A stretch of DNA of 64,000 bases from Thermoplasmatota archaeon (GCA_041601615.1 JBFIHX010000001.1:320001-384000); one strand, 5' to 3'; shown: positions 1 through 11,618, counted from the stretch's first letter. The notes: generated by a model from the letters alone, not told the origin. Made by a program: numbers and translations.

Positions 1-1
1 C

Positions 2-2638
2 GTCGATACACCCGCAGCCGACCCTCCCGTCGCCGACACACCTGTAGCCGATGACCTACCGATTGCCACGGACGTGCAAAGCGACAAGATTTCGCCGCGC
101 CAAATCGACCAGGAGATGCGCCAGTCGTTCCTGGACTACGCCATGTCCGTCATCGTCTCACGAGCGCTTCCCGACGCCCGCGACGGCCTCAAGCCCGTCC
201 ACCGGCGCATCCTGTACGCCATGGGCGAACTTGGGATGAGCCACACGGCGTCGTACAAGAAATCCGCCAACGTGGTGGGTGAAGTGCTTGGTAAGTACCA
301 CCCGCACGGCGACTCTTCGATTTACGACGCCATGGTCCGCATGGCCCAAGACTGGAGCCTGCGCTACCCCATGGTCGACGGCCAGGGCAACTTTGGCAGC
401 GTCGACGGCGACTCGGCAGCCGCCATGCGGTACACCGAAGCACGCCTTGCCAAGGTGGCAAGCCAAATGCTGTCCGACATCGACAAGAACACCGTCGATT
501 GGGGCACGACCTACGATGGTGCTCGCAAGGAACCCCGCGTCCTGCCCGCAGCCATTCCAAATCTGCTCATCAACGGCAGCGACGGCATTGCAGTCGGCAT
601 GGCGACGCGCATGCCACCCCACAATCTTTCCGAAGTCATCGACGCGACGCTTCGGCTCATCGAAGACCCCAACGCCACTATGATGGATCTCCTGGAACAC
701 ATCCAGGGCCCCGACTTCCCGACCGGCGGCATCATCTACGGCCGCAGCGGCATCCTGCAAGCACTCAACACCGGCAAGGGCCGCATCGTCGTGCGCGGCA
801 AGCACCACGTGGAACCGATGGGCGCCGACCGCGACCGCATCGTCTTCGAAGAACTGCCCTACCAAGTCAACAAAGCCACCCTCTTGATGGCCATCGCGGA
901 CCTGGCCAAGGACAAAGTCATCGAAGGCATCAGCGACCTGCGCGACGAGTCCGACCGACGCGGCATGCGCATGGTGATCGAGCTCAAACGCGACGCCATC
1001 ACCGACGTGGTGCTGAACCAACTCTGGAAGCACACAGCGCTGCAAAGCAGCTACAGCGTCAACAACGTCGCGATCGTCGACGGTCGGCCGCGCACCCTGA
1101 ACGTCATGGAACTCCTGAAGGTGTTCCTGGCGCACCGGTTCGAGGTCGTCACCCGCCGCACGCAATTCGAATTGGACAAGGCCCAAGCCCGCGCCCACAT
1201 CGTCAGTGGCCTCCTGACGGCACTGGACCAAATCGACGCCGTGGTCGCCCTGATTCGCGCCAGCGCCGACGCCGAGACGGCCCGCGCCGGCCTCATGAGC
1301 CAATTTGGGCTCTCCGAGATTCAAAGCAAGGCGATTCTCGACATGCGGCTGCAAAAGCTGACCGGCCTTGAGTCGGATGCACTGCGCGCCGAATTCGAAG
1401 AATTGCAGAAGAAAATCGAGTACTACATGCGCGTCCTTGGCGACCCCGCTGAGGTATACGCCATCATTCGCGAGGAGCTTCTGAAGGTCAAGGACGACTT
1501 TGGCGACGTGCGCCGAACCACGATCGAAGAAGGCGAAATCGACATCGACGACGAATCGCTGATTCCCGAAGAACAATCGGTGTTCACCTTCACCCAACAA
1601 GGCTACCTCAAGCGCCTGCCCCTGGACACGTACCGCGAGCAGAACCGCGGCGGCAAGGGCCTCAAGGGCATGGCCAGCAAGGACGATGACTTCGTCGTCG
1701 GCACCACCGTCGGAAGCACCCACGACTACCTTTGCTTGTTCACCAACACGGGCCGCGTGCACTGGCTCAAGGGCTACAAGGTGCCCTTCGGCAGCCGCCA
1801 GAGCCGAGGCAAGCCCGTGCAAAACCTCGTGCAACTGGACGAAGGCGAAACCGTCGAGACCATCATCCCGGTGCGCGACTTCGAAGAACCCGGCGCCCAC
1901 CTGTTCTTTGCCACCAAGAAAGGCATTGTCAAGCGCACGGAACTCTCGGCGTTCAAGAACGTCCGTGTCGTCGGCATCAAGGCCATCAACCTCGCCGAGG
2001 ACGACGCATTGCTGGGTGTCCGCAAGACCGACGGCGAGCGCCACATTCTGATTGCCAGCCGCAACGGCCAATGCGTCCACTTCCTAGAAGGCAAGGTCCG
2101 CAGCATGGGACGCGTCGCCACGGGTGTTCGCGGCATGACCATGCGCCCCGGCGACGAAGTGGTGGGACTCGCAGTGGCCGAACCAGGCACCCAAGTGCTC
2201 ACCGTGACCCAGAATGGGTTTGGCAAGCGCACCCCCGTCGAAGAATACCGCGAAACCAACCGCGGCGGCAAGGGTGTCCGCACCATCAAGGTCACCGAGC
2301 GCAACGGGGACGTGGTGGCCATCCGCACCGTAATTGGCGACGAAGGACTGCTGCTGGTAACCAAGTCCGGCATGGTGGTACGCACCCGCGTCGCCGACGT
2401 TAGCCAACTCGGCCGCGACACGCAAGGTGTCACCATCATGCGGCTCAACGGCGACGACGAAGTGATGCAAGTAGCCGTACTGCCGCCCGAGGAAACTCCG
2501 GACGATTCGGACGAATCATCGGGCGCGGATGGCGACGCAGCCGCGCCGACCAACGGGGCATCCGACGAAGCAGACGCGACGGCCCCGGAAGCTGAACCCG
2601 GCCATGAAGTAACGCCCGAAACGAGCCAAATTTCCTAG
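2..2638 (+). CDS. gyrA: DNA gyrase subunit A (5' end probably outside the window; ORF track start at GTG 74)
   Basis: Motifs [24 protein letters not shown], catalytic AAMRYTE, GyrA-box QNRGGKG, C-terminal pinwheel repeats and acidic tail. Frame stays open upstream of 74 to the window edge. Confidence 0.97.
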   Translation, partial: VDTPAADPPVADTPVADDLPIATDVQSDKISPRQIDQEMRQSFLDYAMSVIVSRALPDARDGLKPVHRRILYAMGELGMSHTASYKKSANVVGEVLGKYHPHGDSSIYDAMVRMAQDWSLRYPMVDGQGNFGSVDGDSAAAMRYTEARLAKVASQMLSDIDKNTVDWGTTYDGARKEPRVLPAAIPNLLINGSDGIAVGMATRMPPHNLSEVIDATLRLIEDPNATMMDLLEHIQGPDFPTGGIIYGRSGILQALNTGKGRIVVRGKHHVEPMGADRDRIVFEELPYQVNKATLLMAIADLAKDKVIEGISDLRDESDRRGMRMVIELKRDAITDVVLNQLWKHTALQSSYSVNNVAIVDGRPRTLNVMELLKVFLAHRFEVVTRRTQFELDKAQARAHIVSGLLTALDQIDAVVALIRASADAETARAGLMSQFGLSEIQSKAILDMRLQKLTGLESDALRAEFEELQKKIEYYMRVLGDPAEVYAIIREELLKVKDDFGDVRRTTIEEGEIDIDDESLIPEEQSVFTFTQQGYLKRLPLDTYREQNRGGKGLKGMASKDDDFVVGTTVGSTHDYLCLFTNTGRVHWLKGYKVPFGSRQSRGKPVQNLVQLDEGETVETIIPVRDFEEPGAHLFFATKKGIVKRTELSAFKNVRVVGIKAINLAEDDALLGVRKTDGERHILIASRNGQCVHFLEGKVRSMGRVATGVRGMTMRPGDEVVGLAVAEPGTQVLTVTQNGFGKRTPVEEYRETNRGGKGVRTIKVTERNGDVVAIRTVIGDEGLLLVTKSGMVVRTRVADVSQLGRDTQGVTIMRLNGDDEVMQVAVLPPEETPDDSDESSGADGDAAAPTNGASDEADATAPEAEPGHEVTPETSQIS

Positions 2639-2682
2639 CTGCCCACCAAAATCCCTATCAGCAGCTACGCCCCCGTTCCGCC

Positions 2683-4785
2683 GTGCGCCACGCCCGGACC
2701 CTCGCCCTCCTCGCCCTCCTCCTTGTCGCACCCCTGCCCGGAATCCAAGCGGAACCGATCCAGATCCTCACGGACGACGCGGGAGACGTAGAGGCTGATA
2801 CTCTGGATGGCGCCTCGGCACCGCCAGGGAGCTTTGATCCAAGTGGCGCCGACCTGCTCAGCCTCACCATCGACGAATCCGACAAGAGCTTGCAATTCGT
2901 TCTGGCCGTCGGAAGCGTGGCCCCTGAGATCCAAGGCAGCGGCAACGCCCGATTCCAAGTCGAATTTTGGAACGCAGACCAAGCCTACCGAATCATCATC
3001 GAGCGCGACTCCCGAGTGGAAGGAAGCCACGCATACAACGCAGAATTGGAAGGGTTCGACGCAGGACGCGATCGGTTCGTGGGCTTGATGAGCACCGAGC
3101 TCGAAGTGGACCCAAGCGCCAACACCTACACTGTCCGTGTGCCCCGGGAGGCCCTCGTGGACGGCAACGGCACAGCACCCACGGCCGGGCGCGAATTGCG
3201 CCTGCTTCGAGTCCAATCCCAGGAATTTGTCAACGCCGGCCTCTTCGTAAGCATCGGCCTCATCCAAATGAGCGACGCCATGCCCGACAGTGGCACAAGC
3301 CTGCCCTACGCCGTCCAGCGAGGACTCGTCCAATCCGGCCACGCATTCCTCGCAAGCTCCGACCCCGTGCGCGCCAGCAACGGCGAAGAGGCGACCTTCC
3401 TCTACTACGTGGACGCATCCAATTTGGCCAGTGAAGACGACCGATTCGACTTGACCACCTCCAATGTTCCACAAGGCTGGAGCATCACCCTGCCCGCCTC
3501 CACCATCCGCATCGGCGGCAACCAAACCGTGCGCTTCCCCGTCCTCGTCACCACCCCCTTCAACCACCAACACGGAGCATTCGAGAACTTCATTCTCAGC
3601 ATGACCAGCCAACACGAAAAGTCCGCCGTGGGACGCCTCGAAATGGGCATCCGGTACCTCGCTGTGCCCCAACCCGCCGGTCACCACGACACGGTATGGA
3701 TCCATACCCGCCCCGCGGACCGAGCCAGCGACCTCACCTTTTGCCTGGGTTGCCCACCCACCACGATCGCCTACATGAACACCCTCGAAAACGACGACCG
3801 CGACGAGGGCATGCCGGCCTCCGGATCCAACAGCTTTCTGGGCACCGGACACTGGGCATGGAACATTTTCCTGGAACCGGGCCTCCAAATGGGACTCGAC
3901 TTCAACACCAACGACACCGGCGCAATCGAAGTAGGCTTCACAGCGCCCCTCTCCGTCAACAACGCCGTACTTTCCGGGCGGCTCACCCATTATGCCGCCA
4001 TCGAAGACCCGGACGGCCGCACCCGCCTGGAGCGCACCATTCTTGCAGAAATCCTAGAAACCACGCCCCGTGACCTCCAAGGCGACGTGCTCTTGGACAC
4101 CATCCTCATCCCGACCGCCGCCTCCGACTTCGTGCGCTACAATTCCCGCGCCGCATTGGCACTGGAGCTGGATCTGGACGGCGACATGCCCACCGTAGGC
4201 GGCACCGAAGAACAAACGCAGCCCCACCTCACCGGCGGCACCATGCAATTGCCCCTCCTCGAATACCGCGACCCCGTGGACGACGTTTTCTCGGAACTTG
4301 CCGGCCTGACATTGCGCCACGCCGACCGCGCCGAAAAATTCGTCAACCCCGGCGAAACAGTGCTCTTCAACCTCACGCTGCAAAACGAAGGCGCCATCGA
4401 CGACGTGTTCGAAATCCGCGTCAATGGCACCAACCAAGCATGGGCACGGGTGCTCGGCGACCAGCGCATCTTCGTGGGCACCGGCAACGAACGCCATGTT
4501 GTGGTCGCCATTTCGCCTCCAATGGACGCCCCCGACGGAGCCGTGGTGGACCTCGTCGTCACTGTCGCCAGTCTTGCCGAACCCACCGTGCAAGGCAACA
4601 TTCGCGTCGTTGCCACTGTGGACGATTTGGTGGATCGCACCGATGAAGGGTTCCTTGTTCAAGACGCCGAATCCCGGCTCCACGAAAACAAGAAAAGCCC
4701 CGGCACGGGTACCATCGTGATGATTGCCTTGCTTGGCGCCATTGCTTGCACAAGGCGACGCCAGAGGGAACCATCCTCTGGCTAA
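2683..4785 (+). CDS. Secreted/surface-anchored protein with Ig-like repeats and KKSPG-TM-basic C-terminal tail (paralog 1)
   Basis: Signal peptide (LALLALLLVAPLPGIQA), acidic beta-rich body, C-terminus KKSPGTGTIVMIALLGAIACTRRRQR. Similar along its length to the next gene. Confidence 0.85.
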   Translation: MRHARTLALLALLLVAPLPGIQAEPIQILTDDAGDVEADTLDGASAPPGSFDPSGADLLSLTIDESDKSLQFVLAVGSVAPEIQGSGNARFQVEFWNADQAYRIIIERDSRVEGSHAYNAELEGFDAGRDRFVGLMSTELEVDPSANTYTVRVPREALVDGNGTAPTAGRELRLLRVQSQEFVNAGLFVSIGLIQMSDAMPDSGTSLPYAVQRGLVQSGHAFLASSDPVRASNGEEATFLYYVDASNLASEDDRFDLTTSNVPQGWSITLPASTIRIGGNQTVRFPVLVTTPFNHQHGAFENFILSMTSQHEKSAVGRLEMGIRYLAVPQPAGHHDTVWIHTRPADRASDLTFCLGCPPTTIAYMNTLENDDRDEGMPASGSNSFLGTGHWAWNIFLEPGLQMGLDFNTNDTGAIEVGFTAPLSVNNAVLSGRLTHYAAIEDPDGRTRLERTILAEILETTPRDLQGDVLLDTILIPTAASDFVRYNSRAALALELDLDGDMPTVGGTEEQTQPHLTGGTMQLPLLEYRDPVDDVFSELAGLTLRHADRAEKFVNPGETVLFNLTLQNEGAIDDVFEIRVNGTNQAWARVLGDQRIFVGTGNERHVVVAISPPMDAPDGAVVDLVVTVASLAEPTVQGNIRVVATVDDLVDRTDEGFLVQDAESRLHENKKSPGTGTIVMIALLGAIACTRRRQREPSSG

Positions 4786-4838
4786 GTTCGACCAGGCCAC
4801 CAGGGTCCTTAAGTATCGGAATTGCAGGGTCATCCTTG

Positions 4839-6953
4839 ATGCGTACCCTCCCGGTGCTGTTGCTTGTTGCACTGATGATTCCCATACCTGTGATTGCCCA
4901 GGATGCGCCCGCTTTGCTCGAAGACCCAGAAGGCGACGTGCAGATCCACATTTTTGACAGCACCACCACCGCGGCCCCCTCCGGCCTCGGTGAACAGGCA
5001 GACCTGCGTTTCCTTCGCATCGAGGAAGACCGAACCGACCTCACGTTCACCGTCGGCCTCGCATCCGTGGACACCGCCGAGGAAATCAGCCTGGCAGTCA
5101 ACGTACTTTTCCAATTCAACGGCCGCGACATGGGGCTGCGCTTCAACCGCTTCGAGGCGGTCATGGACGGCGCCCGTGCGACCTTGTACCAAACCGATCC
5201 CGGTAGTGGATTTTCCTATGCAGTAGAACAATGGCCCGCGATTGTGGACGAAGCGGCCGCAACGCTCGCCGTGGAAGTGCCCCGCAACCTCATCGTGGAT
5301 ATGCAAGGCAACACTCCGGGGCCCGGAACAAGCCTCACCGGCATCCACGTCACCAGCGACCTGAACCAGTTTTTTTCCTTCGATGGCGAAGGCAGCACCG
5401 GCTCTCTCCAAGACAAAATGGGCACCGACGCCCCCGCCGAATTGCCCATCCTCATGGGCCTCGAACAGACCGGCCACGCCCGCCTCCACGCAGCCACCCC
5501 ATTCCGAGCCAGCAACGGTGAGGCGACCACGTTCGTTTTCGAAGTGGAAGCCAGCAACCTTGGCACCGAATCGGATATCTTCAGCCTCAAAGTACTCGGC
5601 GCTCCCAACAATTGGGAAGTCACCACGCCCACCCAAAACTTGCGCCTGGAGCCCAACGAAACCCAGACTGTACCCGTCGTGGTTCGCACCGCGTTCGTGC
5701 ACGCCCACGGCAAGGCCACGGCGTTCGTCCTAGCAATGCACAGCGAAACCGACCCGGGAAGCATCGGTCGCGTCGAACTTGGTGTACGCTACCCCGAGAT
5801 TCCACAGCCCGCCGGCCACCACGACACCCTGTGGTTGCATAGCTACCAGGCAGGTAACGGCGTAAGCAGCCTTTCCAGCTTGATTCTCCGCGAAGCACTG
5901 CTTGGCAGCGGCACCCAGGACCTTCTCACGATGAACGGCGTCGAAAACGACGATGCAGACGACGGCATTGCCGTCAAGGGAAACTGGTGCGGCAACCCCG
6001 ACAACAGCAGCATCCCCTTCGCCCCGCTGTTCTGCTGGCCCGTGTACCTCGCCCCCGGCCTCGAAATGGGACTCGACTTTGACCTCTCCCGCGAAGGCAG
6101 CATCTCCTTCCCGGTCCACAGCCTCATCCCCGCGCCGCACCGCATCCAAGGCCAGCTCCTCTGGCAGGGCCCACTCGAGAACCCCGACCCTGCCCGTCCC
6201 TTCCAAACTGTCCGGGAAACCATCGTCCTAGCCAACCTGGTAGGAGACTGGACCGACATCGGCCTCAATGGCCAGGCCATCCTGGAAGCGCGCATCGTTG
6301 CGACCCCCGAAGCCGACCTCATCGAGTACACGCCCGGCACCGCCTTCCTGCTCGACCTCCAGGTCGCCGCAGACCGCCCCGACAACTTCTTTTTGGGACC
6401 CAAAGCCGACAAACCCGACATCATGCCCGGCGGCTCCCTGCAACTGCCCCTCCTGGAGTACGAGGACCCCGTGGGCGACGTGTTCGACGCCGGCGGCCTC
6501 GTCTCCCTGCGCGCCGACGTGCAAGAAAAACTGGTCAACCCCGGCAAGACCGTCGTCTTCAACGTCACCGTCGAAAACCTCAGCCCCCGCTCCGAAACCT
6601 ACGTGGCCCGGCTCGTCGGCAGCAACGAAGCATGGGGCAGCATCCTCGGAAGCACACGCATCAGCATGGCTGGCAACGGCAGCGCACGGCTTTCCATTGC
6701 AGTCACCGCCCCCGAGGACGCCGCGGACGGCGACCGCGCAGACCTATTGCTCGAAGTGGCAAGCACACGCGACCTCGACGGCCGCGGCCTCATCCGACTC
6801 GTCACCACCGTCGACACCGACGCCGAACACCCAGACGAGGCAACCACCGCCAAAGATCTCAACCACGTGCCAAACAAAAAGAGCCCCGGCGCCCCCCTCG
6901 AGGCAGTCCTTGTTGCTTGTGCCGCCCTCGCCGTGCTGCGCCGCCGCTTCTAA
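4839..6953 (+). CDS. Secreted/surface-anchored protein with KKSPG-TM-basic tail (paralog 2)
   Basis: ATG 4839 opens a signal peptide ([20 protein letters not shown]). Shares [15 protein letters not shown], PGLxMGLDF, QLPLLEY and VNPG blocks with paralog 1. Ends [25 protein letters not shown]. Confidence 0.85.
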   Translation: MRTLPVLLLVALMIPIPVIAQDAPALLEDPEGDVQIHIFDSTTTAAPSGLGEQADLRFLRIEEDRTDLTFTVGLASVDTAEEISLAVNVLFQFNGRDMGLRFNRFEAVMDGARATLYQTDPGSGFSYAVEQWPAIVDEAAATLAVEVPRNLIVDMQGNTPGPGTSLTGIHVTSDLNQFFSFDGEGSTGSLQDKMGTDAPAELPILMGLEQTGHARLHAATPFRASNGEATTFVFEVEASNLGTESDIFSLKVLGAPNNWEVTTPTQNLRLEPNETQTVPVVVRTAFVHAHGKATAFVLAMHSETDPGSIGRVELGVRYPEIPQPAGHHDTLWLHSYQAGNGVSSLSSLILREALLGSGTQDLLTMNGVENDDADDGIAVKGNWCGNPDNSSIPFAPLFCWPVYLAPGLEMGLDFDLSREGSISFPVHSLIPAPHRIQGQLLWQGPLENPDPARPFQTVRETIVLANLVGDWTDIGLNGQAILEARIVATPEADLIEYTPGTAFLLDLQVAADRPDNFFLGPKADKPDIMPGGSLQLPLLEYEDPVGDVFDAGGLVSLRADVQEKLVNPGKTVVFNVTVENLSPRSETYVARLVGSNEAWGSILGSTRISMAGNGSARLSIAVTAPEDAADGDRADLLLEVASTRDLDGRGLIRLVTTVDTDAEHPDEATTAKDLNHVPNKKSPGAPLEAVLVACAALAVLRRRF

Positions 6954-7024
6954 GCCCAACCAAGGGCCACCAAACCCGGCTTGGCGTCGTGGGGTTCATA
7001 TCAGGCCCACGGCTGGGCAACGCA

Positions 7025-7444
7025 ATGACGGACCGACCGATCCGCGTGCTTGTCGCCAAGCCTGGCCTCGATGGCCACGACCGAGGCGCCAAAGTGGTCG
7101 CCCGCGCCCTGCGGGACGCCGGCTTCGAGGTCATTTACACCGGCCTTCGCCAAACCCCCGCCCAGATTGCCAGTGCCGCGATCCAAGAAGACGTGGACCT
7201 CGTGGGCCTCAGTTGCCTCAGCGGTGCCCACAACACCCTGTTTCCCCGCATCAAGCAGCTCCTGGTGGACGAGGGCGCCGAGGATGTCATCGTGTTTGGT
7301 GGCGGCATCATCCCCGACGACGATGCCGTGACCCTCAAGGGCAAAGGCATCGAAGCGGTGTTCGGCCCCGGCACCGACACTCGGGACATCGTGAAGTTCA
7401 TCGAGCAACACCCCCGGTTTGCCGCCCGGTTCGCCGAGGCATAA
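7025..7444 (+). CDS. Methylmalonyl-CoA mutase small (cobalamin-binding) subunit
   Basis: [19 protein letters not shown] (DxHxxG B12-binding motif), GLS, GGGIIP. Confidence 0.95.
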   Translation: MTDRPIRVLVAKPGLDGHDRGAKVVARALRDAGFEVIYTGLRQTPAQIASAAIQEDVDLVGLSCLSGAHNTLFPRIKQLLVDEGAEDVIVFGGGIIPDDDAVTLKGKGIEAVFGPGTDTRDIVKFIEQHPRFAARFAEA

Positions 7445-7449
7445 CCCCC

Positions 7450-8403
7450 ATGGTCCTGGACCTTGTCGCAGGCGTTCGAGAAGGCAACCGGCGCGCCGTG
7501 GCCCGACTCCTCACTCTCGTCGAGAGCCACACCCCCGAGGCCGTGGACGCCTTGCGCGCCTTGCACGATTTGATCGGCCGCGCCCACGTCATCGGCGTCA
7601 CCGGCAGCCCAGGCACCGGCAAGTCCACCCTCACCGACCGCCTCATCGAACACTACCGCCGCGAAGGCAAACGCGTCGCGGTCATGGCCGTGGATCCTTC
7701 CAGCCCCTTCACCGGCGGCGCCATCCTTGGCGACCGCATCCGCATGCAGCACCGCAGCACCGATCCCGGCGTATTCATTCGCAGCATCGGCACCCGCGGA
7801 GCCCTCGGCGGCCTCTCCGCATCCACCGGCGACGCCGTGAAAGTGCTCGATGCCGCAGGCTACGACGTAATCATCGTCGAAACCGTCGGCGTCGGCCAAG
7901 CCGAAGTGGACGTAATCCGCCTTGCCGACACGGTCTGCGTGGTGCTGGTGCCGAACCTTGGCGACGACGTGCAAGCCGTCAAAGCGGGGGTCATGGAAAT
8001 TGCCGACGTATTCGTGGTCAACAAATCCGATCTTGACGGCAGCGACAAGGTCCACGCGGAAGTGGAGGCAAGCATGAACCTCGGCCACCCTGACGAGGAC
8101 GATTTCTGGTGGCCGCCCATTGTGCGCACCGTCGCCGAAAAAGGCACCGGAGTCTCCGAGCTTGCCGCCGCCGTGGGCGAGCACCGCGCCTGGGCCGAAC
8201 GAACCGGCCACTGGCACAAGCGCCGCTTGCAACGGATGCGCCGCCAAGTACGCGACCTGTTGCAAAGATCCGTCGTGGAGTTTGCATTCAAAGGGGAAGA
8301 ACCACGCCCGGCGTTCTTGCCGTGGTTTGAGCAGGCGCAAGCAGGGGACGCCGCACCTCAGGATGTCGCGGACCAAATTCTTGCTGCCTACAAGCAATCG
8401 TAG
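7450..8403 (+). CDS. meaB: Methylmalonyl-CoA mutase-associated GTPase MeaB/ArgK
   Basis: GSPGTGKST, VDPSSPFTGGAILGDRIRM, ETVGVGQ, NKSD. Follows the B12-binding subunit. Confidence 0.95.
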   Translation: MVLDLVAGVREGNRRAVARLLTLVESHTPEAVDALRALHDLIGRAHVIGVTGSPGTGKSTLTDRLIEHYRREGKRVAVMAVDPSSPFTGGAILGDRIRMQHRSTDPGVFIRSIGTRGALGGLSASTGDAVKVLDAAGYDVIIVETVGVGQAEVDVIRLADTVCVVLVPNLGDDVQAVKAGVMEIADVFVVNKSDLDGSDKVHAEVEASMNLGHPDEDDFWWPPIVRTVAEKGTGVSELAAAVGEHRAWAERTGHWHKRRLQRMRRQVRDLLQRSVVEFAFKGEEPRPAFLPWFEQAQAGDAAPQDVADQILAAYKQS

Positions 8404-8535
8404 GTACGGCCACGGGCCAAAAACCTGCACCGATCGCGGGAAGCTTCGCGAAGGCGAGGAACAAAGGCGGAAGGAGAGGGAAAGATCGGGGAAAGAGAAA
8501 GGGAAAAAACGGGCCAAGCCCGCTGCAAGCTTCGA

Positions 8536-9279
8536 TTAAGCCGTGCTCTTGGCAAAGCTGCGCCAGACGAGCAAGGCGACAAACGCCATGCCGCTAATTC
8601 CCAGCACCGGACCCCAGGGGAACACAGCCCCAGTAGGCGCGCCGGGCGTCTGGCCGTTGGGCTGCGCAAGGGACTGCAATTCGGCAATACCATCCGCATC
8701 CTCGTCGCCGTAGACAATGAGAATCTCGTAGCCATCCGGCACCTGCATCTTGTCCAACTTGGCAATGGAAATCTGCGTCCAGTTGCCCTGCCACGGCTTT
8801 TGCCAAGCCGTGAGCTTGTGGGTTTCGTTGACCGTGTGCGTGCCGCCCCAGCCTTGTTCGGCGTGGTAGGAGCCACTCAAGACGAGCTTGTCCGGACTCA
8901 TGTTCATGTCAACGCGTTCCAGTGCCGCGCTGTACTTGATGCACTCCTTGCTCGTCGGCTCAAAGTGCCATAGAGATTCACTGCCACGGTGCATGTGGGT
9001 CTTCACAGGCATGGTGCCGCCTTCAAGCGTGTACTGGGGGTTGCCGGTGAACGTCACGCGCTCGCCGTTCACATACAGCGTCATGGTGCTGTGCCAGTGG
9101 CCGGGGCAATCCGCAACATTGTCGGCTGCTGTGACATTGTACGCCACGATGCCACCCCACAGGAGGATGATCACCAGGGGAACTCGGTATTTCTTGAAGG
9201 AGAAGCCAGACTTGGCGCCTTCTTTGTGCTGTTCTGCGCGCTGGCGGCGCCGTTCTCGTACATCCGTTTCGTCTGACAT
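8536..9279 (-). CDS. Membrane protein (N- and C-terminal TM) with His-motif extracellular domain
   Basis: Basic N-terminus, TM segment, CPGHWHST...THMHRGSESLWHFEP...EC, C-terminal TM. Paralog of 10546-11106. Confidence 0.75.
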   Translation of the reverse strand: MSDETDVRERRRQRAEQHKEGAKSGFSFKKYRVPLVIILLWGGIVAYNVTAADNVADCPGHWHSTMTLYVNGERVTFTGNPQYTLEGGTMPVKTHMHRGSESLWHFEPTSKECIKYSAALERVDMNMSPDKLVLSGSYHAEQGWGGTHTVNETHKLTAWQKPWQGNWTQISIAKLDKMQVPDGYEILIVYGDEDADGIAELQSLAQPNGQTPGAPTGAVFPWGPVLGISGMAFVALLVWRSFAKSTA

Positions 9280-9283
9280 GGGT

Positions 9284-10426
9284 TCACTCCTTGAGTAGGT
9301 GATTGGAGATCACAAGGCGCTGAATTTCACTCGTGCCTTCGTAGATCTCCGTGATCTTTGCATCGCGGAAGTGTCGTTCCACGGGATAATCCTTGGTGTA
9401 GCCGTTGCCGCCATGGATCTGAATCGCATCGGTTGCAGCCCACATGGCGGTCTCGCTGGCGTAGACCTTGGCCATGCTGGCTTCTTTGCTGTAGCGCGCA
9501 CCCGCATCCTTCAGACCGGCGGCGCGGTGGATCAGCAAGCGGCTGGCGTCGATGCGCGTCGCCATGTCCGCGAGTTTCCATTGGATTGCCTGGTTGGCTC
9601 CGATGGGTTTGCCAAACTGGTGCCGTTCCTTGGCGTAGGATAGGCTTGCCTCGAAAGCGGCACGGGCGATGCCCAACGCCTGGGACGCGATGCCGAGGCG
9701 GCCGCCGTCCAGGGTCTTCATGGCAATCTTGAAGCCCTCGCCTTCGGGGCCCAAGCGGTTTTCGACTGGCACATGGACGTTTTCAAAGAAGAGGGGGCAG
9801 CAGGGGGCACCTCGAATGCCGAGTTTGTCCTCGGTCTTGCCGATTTCAAAGCCATCCATGCCTTTCTCCACGATGAAGGCGCTCTGGCCCTTGTGCTTGG
9901 CGGCCTTGTCGGTCTGCGCAAACACAATGTAGGTCTCGGCGGGCCCGGCGTTGGTGATGAACAGCTTTTGGCCGTTCAGGACGTAGTGGTCGCCCTCTCG
10001 GACGGCCGTGGTGCCCATGCTGACCACGTCGCTGCCGGCGTTGGGCTCGGTTAAGCCATAGGCGCCGATGCGCTTGCCTTGCAGCATGTCCGTAAGGTAG
10101 CGTTCATGCTGGTCCTCGTTGCCGTAGGTAAACAAGGGCCAGCCGGAAAGGGAGTTGTTGACACTTGCGATGACGCCCGTGGAAGCACAGCCTCGGCTGA
10201 GTTCCTCAATGGCGATGCAGTAGCTGACCATGTCGGTGCCGGCGCCGCCTTTCTCCGCTGGGAAGTTCATGCCCATCAGGCCGAGCGCCGACATTTCGGC
10301 GATGAGGTCGGCAGGAAACAGGTGCTCCTCGTCGATTTTTGCTGCCATGGGTGCCACTCGGCGATCCGAGAACTCGGCGACCATGTTGCGAATCATGTCG
10401 TGCTCTGGGCTTTCGCGCAGGTCCAC
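9284..10426 (-). CDS. Acyl-CoA dehydrogenase (short/branched-chain type)
   Basis: YGLTEPNAGSD, LNGQKLFITN, LDGGRLGIA, QFGKPI, QIHGGNGY, EIYEGTSEIQR. GTG start at 10426 with TTTAT about 25-30 nt upstream. Confidence 0.95.
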   Translation of the reverse strand: MDLRESPEHDMIRNMVAEFSDRRVAPMAAKIDEEHLFPADLIAEMSALGLMGMNFPAEKGGAGTDMVSYCIAIEELSRGCASTGVIASVNNSLSGWPLFTYGNEDQHERYLTDMLQGKRIGAYGLTEPNAGSDVVSMGTTAVREGDHYVLNGQKLFITNAGPAETYIVFAQTDKAAKHKGQSAFIVEKGMDGFEIGKTEDKLGIRGAPCCPLFFENVHVPVENRLGPEGEGFKIAMKTLDGGRLGIASQALGIARAAFEASLSYAKERHQFGKPIGANQAIQWKLADMATRIDASRLLIHRAAGLKDAGARYSKEASMAKVYASETAMWAATDAIQIHGGNGYTKDYPVERHFRDAKITEIYEGTSEIQRLVISNHLLKE

Positions 10427-10545
10427 GACGGCGCCACCGGGAGGCGGTTGATAAAGGGGTTGACCAATCCTCGCTATGGCCCAACTCGGCCTTTTCGCAT
10501 CACTTGGAGCCCCCTCGGCCCCATTGCTTGCTGCGAGATCCAAGG

Positions 10546-11106
10546 TTAGCGAGGCTGCATTTTGTTGGGTTGTGCCTGCTGTTGGAATTCAACCACGTCG
10601 TTGGCATCGTACTTTCCAAACAACACAAGGACTTCCGAGCCATCCGAGACTTGGGACGCGACCAATTCTTTGATGGAAATCGGCGTCCATTCTCCTTGCC
10701 AGGAGCGAATCCACGCTTGCAATTGCATACCGTTGCCCTCCGAGTACGTTGCATTCAGCTCGTTTTCAAGGTAGTAGGTGCTTGCAAATTCGAGTCGGCC
10801 AGGCTCTAGCTGAATGTCAATGACCGCCAATGCATCGGCCATCGGAATGCACTCCGTCCCGGTGTTTGGTTCGAAGTGCCAAAGCGACTCGGCTCCTCGA
10901 TGCATGTGGGTTCGTACAGGCATCGTGCCGCCCTCCAGCGTGTATGCCGGATTAGGAGTGAACAAAACCCGCTCGCCGTGCACAAAGAGCGTGAAGGTGC
11001 TGTGCCAATGGCCTGGACAGTCCACTTCCTCGGCCGGTGCAGACAGAGACTCAATACAACCGGGCAACAAAAGCGACAGGGCGGCCCCAAGTAGCAGAAT
11101 TCGCAT
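10546..11106 (-). CDS. Lipoprotein with His-motif domain (paralog of 8536-9279)
   Basis: MRILLLGAALSLLLPGC lipobox, then CPGHWHST...YTLEGGTMPVRTHMHRGAESLWHFEP. Confidence 0.75.
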   Translation of the reverse strand: MRILLLGAALSLLLPGCIESLSAPAEEVDCPGHWHSTFTLFVHGERVLFTPNPAYTLEGGTMPVRTHMHRGAESLWHFEPNTGTECIPMADALAVIDIQLEPGRLEFASTYYLENELNATYSEGNGMQLQAWIRSWQGEWTPISIKELVASQVSDGSEVLVLFGKYDANDVVEFQQQAQPNKMQPR

Positions 11107-11192
11107 GTCCTTGAGAGCAAGCGACATGATTTCTAGCTGCCGACAAATCAAATCCGTCGCCCAATCCGGAGCTTGAGTCGTTTCACCGACCC

Positions 11193-11606
11193 TTGCAAGG
11201 CCCTGAAACTCCGGAGCACCATGCAGAATTTGTGGTTGCATGGCCCCTTCCGATCTTGGCATTGATTGTCGTGTCCGGAGCATGGCTCCTGACCCTGCTC
11301 CTTCTATCGGCCTGGATCCGACGCCTCCGCCGATCCCTTTGCGCATTGGACAGCGCCAAGCGCAGCCAGAGCGCTCGCTACGGCCAAATCGCGGAGCAAT
11401 TCATTCCCTTCTCCACTGCTTGGCCGTGGGACCCCAAACGATTTCGGTTTCTCGGTGACCCCATCGACGGCGTGCAATTCACCGACGAAGGTATCGTACT
11501 CGTGGAAATCAAAAGCGCCAGAAGCCGCCTCAGCACCGTGCAGCGGCAGGTACGAGATCATGTCCGAGCAGGGCGTGTCTCGTGGCAGGAAATCCGGATT
11601 GAATGA
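11193..11606 (+). CDS. Membrane-anchored PD-(D/E)xK endonuclease related to archaeal Holliday junction resolvase (start uncertain, possibly GTG 11232)
   Basis: N-terminal TM, GQIAEQFIPF, RFLGDPIDGVQF, VEIKS..SRLS..QRQVR. Confidence 0.8.
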   Translation: MQGPETPEHHAEFVVAWPLPILALIVVSGAWLLTLLLLSAWIRRLRRSLCALDSAKRSQSARYGQIAEQFIPFSTAWPWDPKRFRFLGDPIDGVQFTDEGIVLVEIKSARSRLSTVQRQVRDHVRAGRVSWQEIRIE

Positions 11607-11618
11607 AGGAGGCAGCGC

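Noticed and set aside
6268-7449. 711-aa ORF suggesting an N-terminally extended MeaB or an IcmF-like fusion
   Set aside because: The upstream part is a shadow frame over two real genes. The B12 subunit has its own stop (7444) and MeaB starts at ATG 7450.
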